DNA of 64,000 nt. Source: Patescibacteria group bacterium (lineage in GTDB: Bacteria > Patescibacteriota > Patescibacteriia > Patescibacteriales > UBA12075). The notes under the pieces are model-generated. The model did not search any database and was not told where the DNA came from. It worked only from the letters and a program-made list of their open reading frames with translations. The stretch lies in assembly GCA_022705905.1 (NCBI GenBank), contig JAKJDO010000003.1, positions 14,071 through 78,070 on the forward strand, given 5' to 3'. A program made the position numbers and the translations under genes. Shown piece by piece: positions 44,587-55,203 of the stretch; the stretch's first letter is position 1, and each line of letters starts with the position of its first letter.

Positions 44587-45066
44587 TTATTCGCTTTTAG
44601 CTTTATATATTCCCGTCATCATTTGCCATTGCGCTGATAAGTCGGCAAATGGCAGTTTATCTTTCCGTAATCCCGATCTGATATTTACCGAATTTATTTT
44701 GATTATTTTAACCCCCTTGACGTTGCTGTCTATTCGTGTGTAGTAGCCGTCAATAGGCAGCTGCTGGATACGAGGAAGTATCAGGTCCGCAAACCTCAGC
44801 ACATCTTTTGCTCCCGTGCAAACATCAATTTCTCCCCAAACAGAAAAGATAGTTATGGTCGGACTGTGCAGCAGGGAATTAAAGACAATCCAAACCCCAT
44901 CATTGAGCTGGAGGCTGCTTTTTTTGGGGACGGGTTCGTTCTTTATGAAAGGTAAATTATTTTTCCCGAACCAGACCGCTAATTTTTCGAAGATCTTGAA
45001 TAATGACTGCACGATAATAAAGAGCGAGAATTCTTCAACACTAAATTCTGTTGTATCATGTTTCAT
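44587..45066 (-). CDS. orphan 159-aa protein
   Basis: AAGGAGG (complement of 45073-79) 6 nt before ATG 45066. TTGACC-17-TAAGAT promoter (45127-32 / 45104-09). GGGCCC-stem terminator at about 44530-44560. The track ORF extends to 45090. No family recognised. Confidence 0.5.
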   Translation of the reverse strand: MKHDTTEFSVEEFSLFIIVQSLFKIFEKLAVWFGKNNLPFIKNEPVPKKSSLQLNDGVWIVFNSLLHSPTITIFSVWGEIDVCTGAKDVLRFADLILPRIQQLPIDGYYTRIDSNVKGVKIIKINSVNIRSGLRKDKLPFADLSAQWQMMTGIYKAKSE

Positions 45067-45155
45067 GATATTCCTCCTTAGTCTATTCAATTTTTAGTAT
45101 TTCATCTTAATACATATATCTTTTTAGGTCAATAACGTAATAAAAATAAAAAATT

Positions 45156-47885
45156 ATGACAAAACGAGGAGGAGTAAAGATTGTCTTATGCCTAATTGGT
45201 TTAGGACTTTTTATTTTGGCGCCGAATAAGTTAGTTGCTGTTGGCGAACATTTAATAATTAACGAAGTGCAAATAAATGGCGCGGGCGGCACGCAGGAGG
45301 ATTTTATAGAACTATATAATCCGACCAGCGAGCCGATTAATTTAAAAGGCTATCGACTAGTAAAAAGAACCAAAGTTGGTACGTCGGATACTTCGATTAA
45401 ATCGTGGACCGGCGACGAATATGTTGCCGCTGGCGGCTATTATCTTTGGGCCAACAGCGCTAATGGTTTTGCTGATAGTATCGGCGCCGATGTCTTTACA
45501 ACCCAAACAATTGCTGCGGATAATGGCATAGCTTTGCGTTTTGGCAAAGAAAACGAAGGTGAGATTATTGATAGCGTCGGTTGGGGAGCCTGTGCTAACA
45601 TTTTTGTTGAAAACAGCGTTTTTCCTAACAATCCTGAAGCCGGGCAGAGCCTGGAAAGAAACAACTTCATTGATACAGACAATAACGCTAATGATTTTTT
45701 AATCAATCTTTCGCCTTCGCCGCAGAGTTCTCTCGGCAGTGCCGATCAGCCGAGCGAATCATTTTGCGGAGACGGCCAAAAAGATGAAGATGAAGAATGC
45801 GACGACGGTAATAGCAATAATGGCGATGGCTGCGATTCAGCCTGCGTGGTAGAAAAAAATGGTGAACCGACTGATACAAGCTTTGCATCTTCAACCTCGA
45901 CAATCCCAGCAGATTCTCAAGCAAGCTTTCGCTGGGGTGAAGTCGTCATTAACGAATTTGTGGCCGATCCTAGCGACAATGACACCGAATGGATTGAAAT
46001 TTTTAACGCAAGCTATAAAGAAATTGATCTGTCTGATTGGTTGATTGAAGACGGTAGCGGCGCCAAAACGAAATTGTCAGGCAAGCTAGGAACCAGCGGA
46101 GATAGCAGGTTTTTTGTTATTAATAAGCCAGCGGGCAGCCTTAATAATGCCGGGGATTTAATTATTTTAAAATATAAAGACGGAATTATTGATAAAGTAG
46201 CTTATGGCAATTGGGACGAGGGAGACAAAGATAATAATGCCCCAACCTCCCGCGATCCTTATGCGGTTGCGCGCCGAGCAGACGGCTATAACACCGGTAA
46301 TAGTAAAAATGATTTTGCTATAACGACAACTTTGACTAAGGGTAAAAGCAATATTATCACCATCAGCGCCGAAGACGAAAATAAAAGCCAGGACAGTGGT
46401 TGTGGTTTGCAACAAGATGTTTTTATATCAGAAATTTTTCCCAATCCAATTGGGGCGACTGATGATCAGGAAGAATTTATCGAACTGTATAATCAAAGTA
46501 GCAGTGACATAAATTTGTTTGGTTGGAGTTTGGGAGACAACAGTAAAAAAAGATATGAATTTAAGTCAGGAGCTATAATAGGAGCTGGTTCTTTTTTGGC
46601 GGTTTACAGACCGGAGAGCGGTTTGTCATTAAATAATGACGAGGATACAGTCAAGCTTTTTAAACCTGACTGTGAAGAAACAAGCGAAGCAGTGAAATAT
46701 AGCGGAGTCAAAGAAGGCTGGAGTTATAATAATGCCAAATATGCGTCGAGTAGTATTAATGTAAAAAACAAATGGGTTTGGAGCGACAAGGTGACGCCTG
46801 GTCAGTCCAATGATATGCCGGTAACCAATGAGCCGCCGGAAGTGGCTTTTGACGCTCCGGCTGAAGTTGAAGCTGGGAGCCCGGTATTTTTTGACAGCTC
46901 TGACACGACTGACGAAAGCACTAGCAGTTTAAAATATTTTTGGGATTTTGCCGACGGCGCTACCAGCACTTTAGCTAATCCGGAGCATACATTTTTTAAA
47001 ACTGGCTCGTTTAAAATTAAGTTAACGGTTTCCGACGGCAAGAACGAAGCTAGCAAAATAAAAACAATAAAAGTGGTTAAAAAAGGCAGTGTGGTTGTAA
47101 AAGGAACCAGCACAGACAGTGCCAAAGCAGCAGCTTCTAAAACAGCCACCACAAAAAAGGCAGCTAGCAACATAAAAATTATAAATTTAGACAAAGTAAA
47201 AGAAATGGCCAAGGGCGATAGAGTTAAGGTTGAAGGTGCCGTAGCCATTTTGCCAAACATTTTTAGTTCTCAGTATTTCTATATCGTTGGTTCGGGTGGC
47301 GTTCAAGTTTATAGTTATAAAAAAGACTTTCCGGAATTAAAAGTTGGCGATATAGTTTCAGTCACTGGTGAAATTTCGATTGTCAGCGGCGAGAAAAGAA
47401 TAAAAACCAACACTAAAGACGATATCAAAATCATAAAAAACGAAAAAGAACCAGAACCGGAAGTTTTAAGCTGTGAGAATATTGATGAAGAAAGCGTCGG
47501 TCATTTAGTGTCAGTTGTTGGTGAAGTGACCGAAAAAAAAGGTTATACTATTTTTTTGGACGACGGTACCGACGAAGCGCAAGTTTATTTAAAGAAAAAT
47601 ACGGGATTAAGCAATAGCGATTTTACCGAAGGCGACAAAATAGAAGTGCGCGGAATTGTCGGCCAAAGCGGAACGAATTTAAGAATTATGCCACGCAGCA
47701 AAGATGATTTAATAAGGCAAAACGATGAGGCCGGTGAAGTTTTGGGCGAGGTATCACAAAGCGATGGGTGGCAATTAGCACAAAGAGATAAAAAAATGGA
47801 ATTACTAAAATATTTTTTAGCTATAGCGGTTTTTATTATTTTAGGTTTAGTCATATTTATTTTCAAAAAATTGACAAATAAATGA
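45156..47885 (+). CDS. surface protein: 3 lamin-tail domains, Cys-rich repeat, PKD domain, OB-fold-like module, C-terminal TM anchor
   Basis: 909 aa. LTD signatures (INEV..G....EFIELYN, three times), CGDG..DEECDDGN..NGDGC repeat, PKD (YFWDFADG..HTF...G...I.LTV.D), OB-like VKVEG.V.....QYFYI.., and a terminal hydrophobic helix with a KK tail. Confidence 0.8.
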   Translation: MTKRGGVKIVLCLIGLGLFILAPNKLVAVGEHLIINEVQINGAGGTQEDFIELYNPTSEPINLKGYRLVKRTKVGTSDTSIKSWTGDEYVAAGGYYLWANSANGFADSIGADVFTTQTIAADNGIALRFGKENEGEIIDSVGWGACANIFVENSVFPNNPEAGQSLERNNFIDTDNNANDFLINLSPSPQSSLGSADQPSESFCGDGQKDEDEECDDGNSNNGDGCDSACVVEKNGEPTDTSFASSTSTIPADSQASFRWGEVVINEFVADPSDNDTEWIEIFNASYKEIDLSDWLIEDGSGAKTKLSGKLGTSGDSRFFVINKPAGSLNNAGDLIILKYKDGIIDKVAYGNWDEGDKDNNAPTSRDPYAVARRADGYNTGNSKNDFAITTTLTKGKSNIITISAEDENKSQDSGCGLQQDVFISEIFPNPIGATDDQEEFIELYNQSSSDINLFGWSLGDNSKKRYEFKSGAIIGAGSFLAVYRPESGLSLNNDEDTVKLFKPDCEETSEAVKYSGVKEGWSYNNAKYASSSINVKNKWVWSDKVTPGQSNDMPVTNEPPEVAFDAPAEVEAGSPVFFDSSDTTDESTSSLKYFWDFADGATSTLANPEHTFFKTGSFKIKLTVSDGKNEASKIKTIKVVKKGSVVVKGTSTDSAKAAASKTATTKKAASNIKIINLDKVKEMAKGDRVKVEGAVAILPNIFSSQYFYIVGSGGVQVYSYKKDFPELKVGDIVSVTGEISIVSGEKRIKTNTKDDIKIIKNEKEPEPEVLSCENIDEESVGHLVSVVGEVTEKKGYTIFLDDGTDEAQVYLKKNTGLSNSDFTEGDKIEVRGIVGQSGTNLRIMPRSKDDLIRQNDEAGEVLGEVSQSDGWQLAQRDKKMELLKYFLAIAVFIILGLVIFIFKKLTNK

Positions 47886-47940
47886 TCTGACGTTATTGTG
47901 TAATTACAATAAAACATCCTTGAAAGGAGGAACAATCAGA

Positions 47941-48240
47941 ATGTTGCCGAGAGGTTGTTTAATATCCGTACCAGGAATTCACAAATTGATCCACGACCTT
48001 GATGGTTTAATATGGTTGTTTCAGGAGCGTTCTTACGAATATCTTTTGGACTTGCACAAGTATCCCCACTCCTGCATCGATCAGTATGGGGAAAAGAGCG
48101 ATGTTTTTAACGGCAGGCCCAGAAGGGGCGAAAATGGAGGACAGCCAACTCCGACTTTTGGAGATTGGCTTCAAGTAAGCGGCTTATTAGAGCTCGTAAG
48201 TGAGTTTAATACAAGGAAGGAGTCGGTGGGGATCAGGTGA
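47941..48240 (+). CDS. orphan 99-aa protein
   Basis: TTGACA (47871-76, inside the end of the LTD gene), 17-nt spacer, TATTGT. AAGGAGG at 47924-30. Terminator GGGGATC-AGGT-GATCCCC overlaps the TGA stop. The track ORF opens at 47896. Confidence 0.45.
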   Translation: MLPRGCLISVPGIHKLIHDLDGLIWLFQERSYEYLLDLHKYPHSCIDQYGEKSDVFNGRPRRGENGGQPTPTFGDWLQVSGLLELVSEFNTRKESVGIR

Positions 48241-48318
48241 TCCCCCTTTTTCTTTATTTACTTTTGGAATTATATTATAATTAGTGTATAAAGTTACTTT
48301 AAGTAATGAATATTTTTT

Positions 48319-50955
48319 ATGGCTTTTGGCAAAAAAAAGTTTAAGTTTAGAAGAAGGCGTAGCGCTCTAGATTATATTGCCTTACCGCATTTACCCGAGT
48401 TTGATCTTGATCCAGAAACGAAAAGGGGCATTTGGGTGATAGTGTTAATTGCTTTGGGCGCAATTGGTGCTCTGGGCTTGTTTGATATGGCTGGCGATCT
48501 AGGTCGCTATTTGAACAAAGGCCTATCTTTAGGCTTTGGTTGGGGCAGGTTTTTTATTCCATTTTTAATCATGATTTTAGGCTATCTTATTTATAATCAG
48601 GAGCTAGAAATAAAAAAGAGCAATTATTTTGGCTTGCTCATTTTTGTTTTTTCGTTGCAAGCTTTGTTAATGATATCTATTAATATTGATAGTTGGGAGA
48701 CTAGTTTGTCAGAAGGAAAGGGGGGCGGTTATATTGGTTGGTTGCTAGCTAATAGCTTAATGAAAGGCGCTGGCTTTTGGGGAACTATAATTTTAATTTT
48801 TAGCTTGTTAATTATTTCAATTTTATTGTTATTTAATACTGGTTTAGCTCGTATTTTTGGTAAAGAAAGCGCTATCGGAAAAATAATGACACCAGTTAGC
48901 GCTGTTTTAGGTTGGTTTACAGAATGGCGTAAACGCCGTCAGGAGCTAGCCGATAAAGAGGAAGAGGAGGAAGAAGAAGACGATGAGGACGACAAAGACG
49001 AGGAAGAGGAGGAAGAAGAAGACGATGAGGACGACAAAGACGAGGAAGAGGAGGAAGAAGAAGACGATGAGGACGATGATGATAAGACAGACAAAGAAGA
49101 CTTGGAACAAAAGAAGCTGCCAATCTTTAAAATAGAAGAAATAAAAAACGGCGGTGAACAATTTTGGTGGCAAGAGCCAACTAATATTAGAATAAGTTTG
49201 CCTTTGGGCTTGCTAGACGGTAAGAAAGAAAAGCCGACCAGCGGTGATATAAAAGAATACCAGGAAATAATCAAGAGAACTTTAGAAAATTTTGGTATTC
49301 CAGTAGAAATGGGAGAAGTGACTGTTGGTCCTACCGTAACGCAATATACTTTAAAACCGGCTGAGGGTGTGAAATTATCACGTATCACAACCTTAAGTAA
49401 TGATTTGGCTTTGGCTTTGGCGGCGCATCCAATTAGAATTGAAGCGCCGATTCCGGGCAAAAGATTGGTCGGTGTAGAAGTGCCTAACCAGAAAAAAGCT
49501 ATGGTATCGCTTAAGGAAGTTTTACTGTCTAAAAATTATGTTAACCGCAAATCTAACAATATGGTTGCTTTAGGTAAGGACGTGGCGGGTACAGTTTGGC
49601 TGGATGATATTTCCAAGATGCCTCATTTATTGGTGGCTGGCGCGACTAATTCCGGTAAATCAGTTTGTTTAAATTCAATTATTGTCAGCTTATTATATCA
49701 AAATAGTCCGGATGAGTTGCGGTTCATTATGGTTGATCCGAAACGCGTTGAAATGCAGGTTTACAATAATATTCCGTATTTGCTGACGCCGGTAATCACT
49801 GATGCTAAGAATACGATTATTGCTTTGAAGTGGTGTCTCGTAGAGATGGAAAAACGTTTTGATCTTTTGTCAAAAGCCGGTCATCGCAATATTCAGACTT
49901 ATAACGCTTCCGTCAAAATAAAAATGCCTTATATAGTTTTTATTATTGACGAGTTGGCTGATTTGATGGTGGCCGCAGCCAAGGACGTTGAAGCTGGGGT
50001 TATCCGTTTGGCGCAGATGGCGCGCGCGGTTGGAATACATTTGGTTTTGGCTACACAGCGTCCTAGCGTTGATATTATTACCGGTTTAATTAAATCCAAT
50101 ATGCCGGCGCGCATTGCATTCTCCGTGGCTTCCGGAACTGATTCACGCACGATTATTGACACGATGGGCGCTGAAAAATTATTAGGACGCGGCGATATGC
50201 TATATATTAATGCCGAGATGTCTAAACCAGTTAGGTTGCAAGGAGCGTTTTTAAGCGACGATGAAATTCGGCGAGTGGTTAGGTATATAAAAGAAAAAGG
50301 CGGCCCCGCCCAATATTTAGAAGATGTAACTAACAAGCAAAAAGTCGGCGGTTTGAGTGGCAACGGTTTTGGCGATGACGGTGAAGGCGACGATCTCTAC
50401 GAAGAAGCTAAAGAAATTGTTATTAATCAGGGTAAAGCTTCAGCTTCGTTTTTGCAAAGAAAATTTAGCATCGGCTATAATCGAGCCGCTCGTCTGATAG
50501 ACATAATGGAGCAGATGGGCGTAGTCGGTCCTGCCAACGGCTCGAAGCCGCGTGAAATTTTAATTAGCCGCGAACAATATGAAGCGACAATAACGACTGG
50601 TGTCAGCGGCGTGGCTTTGCATAGCCGCGAAGAGGCAGAGGCGCCGGATGAATTTTTAAATAGTTTAGGTGAAGAAGCAGAAGTGCCGCCGGTTTTAGTT
50701 AGAAAAAAAATTGATGATGATATTGATTGGGAAGGAGAGGAAATTACTGTCGGTGAAGAAGAAGGCGACGAAAACGAAGACGAGGCTGAAACAGAAGAAG
50801 AAATAGAAGAAGAGGCAAGGTCAGAGCTTACAGAAAGAAAAGCCAGAAAAGAAATAAAAAAAGCCAGAAAAATTGAAGTTACTAAAAACGACGACGATCC
50901 ATCATATGACATAGTCAAAGAAGAAGATGACGATGGTCGATACTTTTCGCGTTAA
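48319..50955 (+). CDS. ftsK: DNA translocase FtsK/SpoIIIE
   Basis: 878 aa. 4-5 N-terminal TM helices, motor domain with AGATNSGKS Walker A and IIDELADL Walker B, gamma winged helix (ASASFLQRKFSIGYNRAARLID), plus an acidic linker and a ~140-aa acidic C-terminal tail. Confidence 0.92.
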   Translation: MAFGKKKFKFRRRRSALDYIALPHLPEFDLDPETKRGIWVIVLIALGAIGALGLFDMAGDLGRYLNKGLSLGFGWGRFFIPFLIMILGYLIYNQELEIKKSNYFGLLIFVFSLQALLMISINIDSWETSLSEGKGGGYIGWLLANSLMKGAGFWGTIILIFSLLIISILLLFNTGLARIFGKESAIGKIMTPVSAVLGWFTEWRKRRQELADKEEEEEEEDDEDDKDEEEEEEEDDEDDKDEEEEEEEDDEDDDDKTDKEDLEQKKLPIFKIEEIKNGGEQFWWQEPTNIRISLPLGLLDGKKEKPTSGDIKEYQEIIKRTLENFGIPVEMGEVTVGPTVTQYTLKPAEGVKLSRITTLSNDLALALAAHPIRIEAPIPGKRLVGVEVPNQKKAMVSLKEVLLSKNYVNRKSNNMVALGKDVAGTVWLDDISKMPHLLVAGATNSGKSVCLNSIIVSLLYQNSPDELRFIMVDPKRVEMQVYNNIPYLLTPVITDAKNTIIALKWCLVEMEKRFDLLSKAGHRNIQTYNASVKIKMPYIVFIIDELADLMVAAAKDVEAGVIRLAQMARAVGIHLVLATQRPSVDIITGLIKSNMPARIAFSVASGTDSRTIIDTMGAEKLLGRGDMLYINAEMSKPVRLQGAFLSDDEIRRVVRYIKEKGGPAQYLEDVTNKQKVGGLSGNGFGDDGEGDDLYEEAKEIVINQGKASASFLQRKFSIGYNRAARLIDIMEQMGVVGPANGSKPREILISREQYEATITTGVSGVALHSREEAEAPDEFLNSLGEEAEVPPVLVRKKIDDDIDWEGEEITVGEEEGDENEDEAETEEEIEEEARSELTERKARKEIKKARKIEVTKNDDDPSYDIVKEEDDDGRYFSR
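48958..49083 (+). repeat. 42-bp tandem repeat, ~2.8 copies, inside ftsK
   Basis: GAGGAAGAGGAGGAAGAAGAAGACGATGAGGACGACAAAGAC is identical at 48958-48999 and 49000-49041. The third copy diverges at its end. It encodes EEEEEEEDDEDDKD. Confidence 0.9.
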
Positions 50956-51001
50956 TTTTTGTTGGCTTGCATTCCTGAAATTTTTAGTGTAATATTTGTT
51001 T

Positions 51002-51078
51002 AGCTCCCAGCTTTTAGCTGTTAGCTTTTAGAATTAATTGGCAAGCTATAAGTTAAGAGCTTACAGCTTACAGCTATT
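51002..51078. repeat. 7-bp-period AGCTNNN repeat arrays (4 + 3 units)
   Basis: AGCT at 51002, 51009, 51016 and 51023, and at 51058, 51065 and 51072. The two arrays are partly complementary. They lie immediately upstream of the MBL-fold gene. Confidence 0.65.
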
Positions 51079-51083
51079 ATAAT

Positions 51084-51734
51084 ATGTATCTTCAATATTT
51101 CGGGCATTCATGCTTTAAAATTCAAGATAAAACGACTACTGACGGTATCACGGTTGTCACCGATCCGTTTAGTAAGGAGGTGGGTTTAAAAGTGCCGAAT
51201 TTCGAGGCAGATATTATAACTATCAGTCACGATCATTACGATCATAATAATTATAAAGCTTTACGAGGTACGCCATATATTATTAGACATGCCGGCGAAT
51301 ATGACATCAAGGGTGTGGCGGTGCATGGCGTTGATGCTTATCATGATAACAAAGAAGGTAAAGAAAAGGGCGGTAATGTAATCTATCGTATCGAGATTGA
51401 CGATATTTCTATAACTCATTTAGGTGATTTAGGACACACTTTGACCAGCCAGCAGTTAGAGGTTTTAGTCGGTACCGACATTTTGCTAATTCCAGTGGGC
51501 AATAAATATTCTCTTGATGCCAAACAGGCTATGGAAGTAATTAGCCAGATTGAGCCGCGCATTGTTATTCCGATGCATTATAAATTGCCGGGCTCTGCGA
51601 TAACTGACATTGATAGTGTTGATAAGTTTATTAAAGAGATCGGTTTAAAACCGACCGAAGAAGAAAGATTAAAAATTAGTAAAAAAGATTTGCCGGCAGA
51701 AGATATGGAGCTAGTAGTGATGAAGGTGTCGTAA
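51084..51734 (+). CDS. MBL-fold metal-dependent hydrolase (UPF0173-like)
   Basis: 216 aa. ISHDHYDH motif and downstream His/Asp ligands (HGVDAYHD, HLGDLGH). Confidence 0.85.
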   Translation: MYLQYFGHSCFKIQDKTTTDGITVVTDPFSKEVGLKVPNFEADIITISHDHYDHNNYKALRGTPYIIRHAGEYDIKGVAVHGVDAYHDNKEGKEKGGNVIYRIEIDDISITHLGDLGHTLTSQQLEVLVGTDILLIPVGNKYSLDAKQAMEVISQIEPRIVIPMHYKLPGSAITDIDSVDKFIKEIGLKPTEEERLKISKKDLPAEDMELVVMKVS

Positions 51735-52053
51735 TAGCACATAGCGTAGAGCGTATAACAAAAAAACGAGCGGAAAAACCGTTCTTTTTTTAATTTTTAT
51801 ATATTTAAATTATTTTTTTATTTTAAATATAAAAAATATTGATCTTTTGGACAATGTTTTGGTGAATAATTGATAAGTAAAAAGAGAAGGCAACTAAACG
51901 TTTAGACACCTTCTAAATATTAATAAAAATTTATTTAATTTTAGCCTAAAATAAGAATATAATTTTAACTAAAAACTCTTTACATTTTGATATATTTTTG
52001 CTACAATTTAGATGTATTTGGCACTCATTTCGGGGTGATTTTTATTTTAATAT

Positions 52054-52578
52054 ATGGAGGGCAAAAAACAAAAAAATAGGTTTAAAAAGGACGGAGTAAA
52101 AATGTCAAAACGGGTAGATTTGCACGTCAAAGTCAAGAAAACAGAGGTGGGGAAACGAGACAGTCATTCAGAGAATAATGCAGAGCAAATAAAAAGAGAG
52201 AGGGTGTATATAGCGCCCGCTGCGGTGGAAAAGGATAAAATTACTTTAATGTGGGGCGGAGCGATATTCTTTTTGGCCCTAATATTCGTTTGCTGGATGA
52301 CAATTTTTAAAGATTCATGGCGCGGTTTAACTTTAGGATCGGAATTAAATTTAGACCCTATTAACAAAATCGTTGATGAATTTAGCGATGGGTTCAGCTC
52401 TACTTCCGATCAGATAGAAATAGTCAATACGATGGTAAAAAAAATAGAGCAAGAATCTGCGAGCACGACTGCAATTTTAGAACAAGATGAAAATAACCCG
52501 CCGTTTGATGATAATGAGTTAAATAAAATCAAAGAAGAAATTATAAATTTAAAAAGCGATTTTGAAAACCAACAATAA
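52054..52578 (+). CDS. bitopic membrane protein, unknown function
   Basis: 174 aa. Basic N-terminus, one TM (ITLMWGGAIFFLALIFVCWMTIF). An alternative start is at 52102. Confidence 0.5.
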   Translation: MEGKKQKNRFKKDGVKMSKRVDLHVKVKKTEVGKRDSHSENNAEQIKRERVYIAPAAVEKDKITLMWGGAIFFLALIFVCWMTIFKDSWRGLTLGSELNLDPINKIVDEFSDGFSSTSDQIEIVNTMVKKIEQESASTTAILEQDENNPPFDDNELNKIKEEIINLKSDFENQQ

Positions 52579-52602
52579 TCAAAGGTTAGTAAATTAAAAA
52601 CA

Positions 52603-55203
52603 ATGACTAAAGATAAAAAAACAACTAGCAAAAAGGGCGCTAAAAAAGATGAAAAAAATAAAGAAGAACCAACAGCAAAAGAAGAGGCCGTTGAAAATGG
52701 TAGCAACGAAGATAGAGGCGAGGTAAAAAATTTAGTGGTGGCAGAAAAGTCTAAAACTGAATATGGCTTGGTGGAACCCTTATCTATTAGCGACGAAATG
52801 AAGAAGTCTTATTTGGAATACGCGATGAGCGTGATTGTTTCACGCGCCTTGCCGGATGTTCGCGATGGTTTGAAACCAGTGCATCGCCGTATTCTTTACG
52901 CAATGTGGAATATCGGTTTGAAAGCAAATGCTAAATTTCGTAAATCAGCGACCGTTGTCGGTGAGGTTTTAGGCAAATACCATCCGCATGGCGACGCGGC
53001 CGTTTATGAATCAATGGTTAGAATGGCACAAGATTTTTCAATGCGCTATCCTTTGGTACGCGGTCAAGGAAACTTTGGCTCGATGGATGGCGATAGCGCG
53101 GCCGCTATGCGTTATACAGAAGCGAAAATGTCGGCTATTGCCGAAGAGCTTCTGCGTGATATTGAAAAAGACACAGTTAGTTTTATACCAAACTACGATG
53201 GCTCGCAAAAAGAGCCGACAGTTTTGCCGGCCACCTTACCGCAATTATTGCTAAACGGCACTATGGGTATCGCCGTCGGCATGTCGACCAACATTCCGCC
53301 ACACAACCTAAATGAATTATTGGATGCTATTAACTATTTAATTGATGAGCCGGAAGCGACAACTGAAGATTTGATGAAATTTGTCAAAGGTCCTGATTTC
53401 CCGACTGGCGGCGTGATTTATAATAGTAAAGATATTTTACAGGCCTATGCTACTGGTAAAGGCGGTATTGTTGTACGCGGTCGGGCAGAAATCGTGGAAA
53501 CTAAAAGCGGCGGCTTTAAAATTGTCGTTACTGAAATTCCTTATCAGGTGAATAAGGCGACTTTAGTAGAAAAAATTGCTGAGTTGATCAAAATAAAAAA
53601 ATTGGAAGGAATTAAAGACTTGCGTGATGAATCCGATAAAGACGGCGTGAGAATAGTGATGGAGCTAAAAAAAGACGCTTATCCTAAAAAGATTTTGAAT
53701 AGTTTATTTAAGCACACCCAGCTGCAAGAAACCTTCCATGTTAATATCTTAGCTTTAGTAGACGGCATCCAACCAAAGGTTTTAACTTTAAAGATGGCGC
53801 TGGAAGAGTATATTAAACATCGCCAAGAAGTTATAAAAAACAGAACGCAGTATGAATTAAATAAAGCTAAAGAGCGCGCCCATATTTTAGAAGGATTGAT
53901 GGTCGCCTTGGCTAACATTGATGCGGTCATAAAAACTATAAAAGCCAGTCGCGATCGCGAAGTAGCAAAGACCAGCTTGATCAAAAAATTCAAATTAACC
54001 GAACGTCAAGCCTTTGCTATCTTAGAAATGAAGTTAGCGACTTTGGCCAATTTGGAAAGTTTAAAAATTGAAACCGAATTGAAAGACAAACAAAAGTTGA
54101 TTAAAGAATTAGAAAGTATCTTAAAATCAGCAGCAAAAATAAAGGCGATAATTAGAGAAGATTCGCAAGCGATGAGAGATAAATTCGGGGATGAACGCCG
54201 TACTCAAGTTATCAGCCATGGTGTTAAAGAATTTTCAGTTGAAGATTTGGTGCCCAATGAAGAGTCGGTGGTACTCATGACACGCGACGGCTATATTAAA
54301 CGCATCGCTCCCGATACTTTTAAAACTCAAAGCCGTGGCGGCAAGGGCGTAATTGGCCTAACAACCAAAGAAGAGGATATGGTTGAATTTATGTTTACGA
54401 CCACAACTCATAGCGACATTCTTTTTTTCACTACTCGCGGCCGCGTTTTTCAACTAAAAGCTTATGAGATCCCCGCTGCAGCTCGTACAGCCAAAGGCCA
54501 GGCAATCGTCAACTTTCTGCAGCTAGGCAGCGGCGAACAAGTGACTTCAACCCTGCCCCTAGATAAAATCGCCAACAATGAATATTTGTTTTTTGCCACT
54601 GAAAAAGGTTTGGTCAAAAAAGTAAAAATTAACGCTTTTGATAATGTCCGCCGTTCTGGTTTGATTGCTATCAAAATAAAGCCGGAGGATAAATTAATAT
54701 GGGCTAAACCAACCAGCGGCAAAGACGATATCCAGTTGATTACCGCTAACGGCCAGGCAATTAGGTTCAATGAAAAGATGGTGCGCGATATGGGCAGGAA
54801 TGCTGCCGGCGTTACTGGGATTAGGATGAAAGGCAATGACGCCGTTGTCGGTATGGGAGTTATTAAGAGTGATAAAGAGAAGCAAAAGAAGTATCAAGTA
54901 TTGACTATTATGGAAAATGGTTTTGGCAAGCGTTCTCCGCTAAATTTATATAAAGTTCAAGGACGCGGCGGTTCCGGAATTAAAACGGCTAAAGTGACGA
55001 CTAAAACCGGCAAATTAACTAACGCTTATATTGTTAACGTAGAAACTATGCAAGACAAGGATTTGATTATAATATCCGAACAAGGGCAGGTTATCCGTTT
55101 GCCATTTAAATCAGTTAATCAAGCTGGCCGCGACACTCAGGGCGTTCGTCTGATGCGCTTTAAAGACGCTAAGGATAGGGTGGCCTGTGTAACCTGGGTT
55201 TAG
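52603..55203 (+). CDS. gyrA: DNA gyrase subunit A
   Basis: 866 aa. [27 protein letters not shown], catalytic-Tyr region AAMRYTE, and C-terminal beta-pinwheel repeats. It has a ~60-aa K/E-rich N-terminal extension. Confidence 0.95.
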   Translation: MTKDKKTTSKKGAKKDEKNKEEPTAKEEAVENGSNEDRGEVKNLVVAEKSKTEYGLVEPLSISDEMKKSYLEYAMSVIVSRALPDVRDGLKPVHRRILYAMWNIGLKANAKFRKSATVVGEVLGKYHPHGDAAVYESMVRMAQDFSMRYPLVRGQGNFGSMDGDSAAAMRYTEAKMSAIAEELLRDIEKDTVSFIPNYDGSQKEPTVLPATLPQLLLNGTMGIAVGMSTNIPPHNLNELLDAINYLIDEPEATTEDLMKFVKGPDFPTGGVIYNSKDILQAYATGKGGIVVRGRAEIVETKSGGFKIVVTEIPYQVNKATLVEKIAELIKIKKLEGIKDLRDESDKDGVRIVMELKKDAYPKKILNSLFKHTQLQETFHVNILALVDGIQPKVLTLKMALEEYIKHRQEVIKNRTQYELNKAKERAHILEGLMVALANIDAVIKTIKASRDREVAKTSLIKKFKLTERQAFAILEMKLATLANLESLKIETELKDKQKLIKELESILKSAAKIKAIIREDSQAMRDKFGDERRTQVISHGVKEFSVEDLVPNEESVVLMTRDGYIKRIAPDTFKTQSRGGKGVIGLTTKEEDMVEFMFTTTTHSDILFFTTRGRVFQLKAYEIPAAARTAKGQAIVNFLQLGSGEQVTSTLPLDKIANNEYLFFATEKGLVKKVKINAFDNVRRSGLIAIKIKPEDKLIWAKPTSGKDDIQLITANGQAIRFNEKMVRDMGRNAAGVTGIRMKGNDAVVGMGVIKSDKEKQKKYQVLTIMENGFGKRSPLNLYKVQGRGGSGIKTAKVTTKTGKLTNAYIVNVETMQDKDLIIISEQGQVIRLPFKSVNQAGRDTQGVRLMRFKDAKDRVACVTWV

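Noticed and set aside
48917-49460. Minus-strand ORFs (68, 75 and 173 aa; Ser/Leu/Pro-rich) and a possible repeat array resembling CRISPR.
   Set aside because: They are antisense to the ftsK acidic linker. The repeat is a coding 42-bp tandem duplication without spacers, and no cas genes or repeat-spacer structure exist anywhere in the window.
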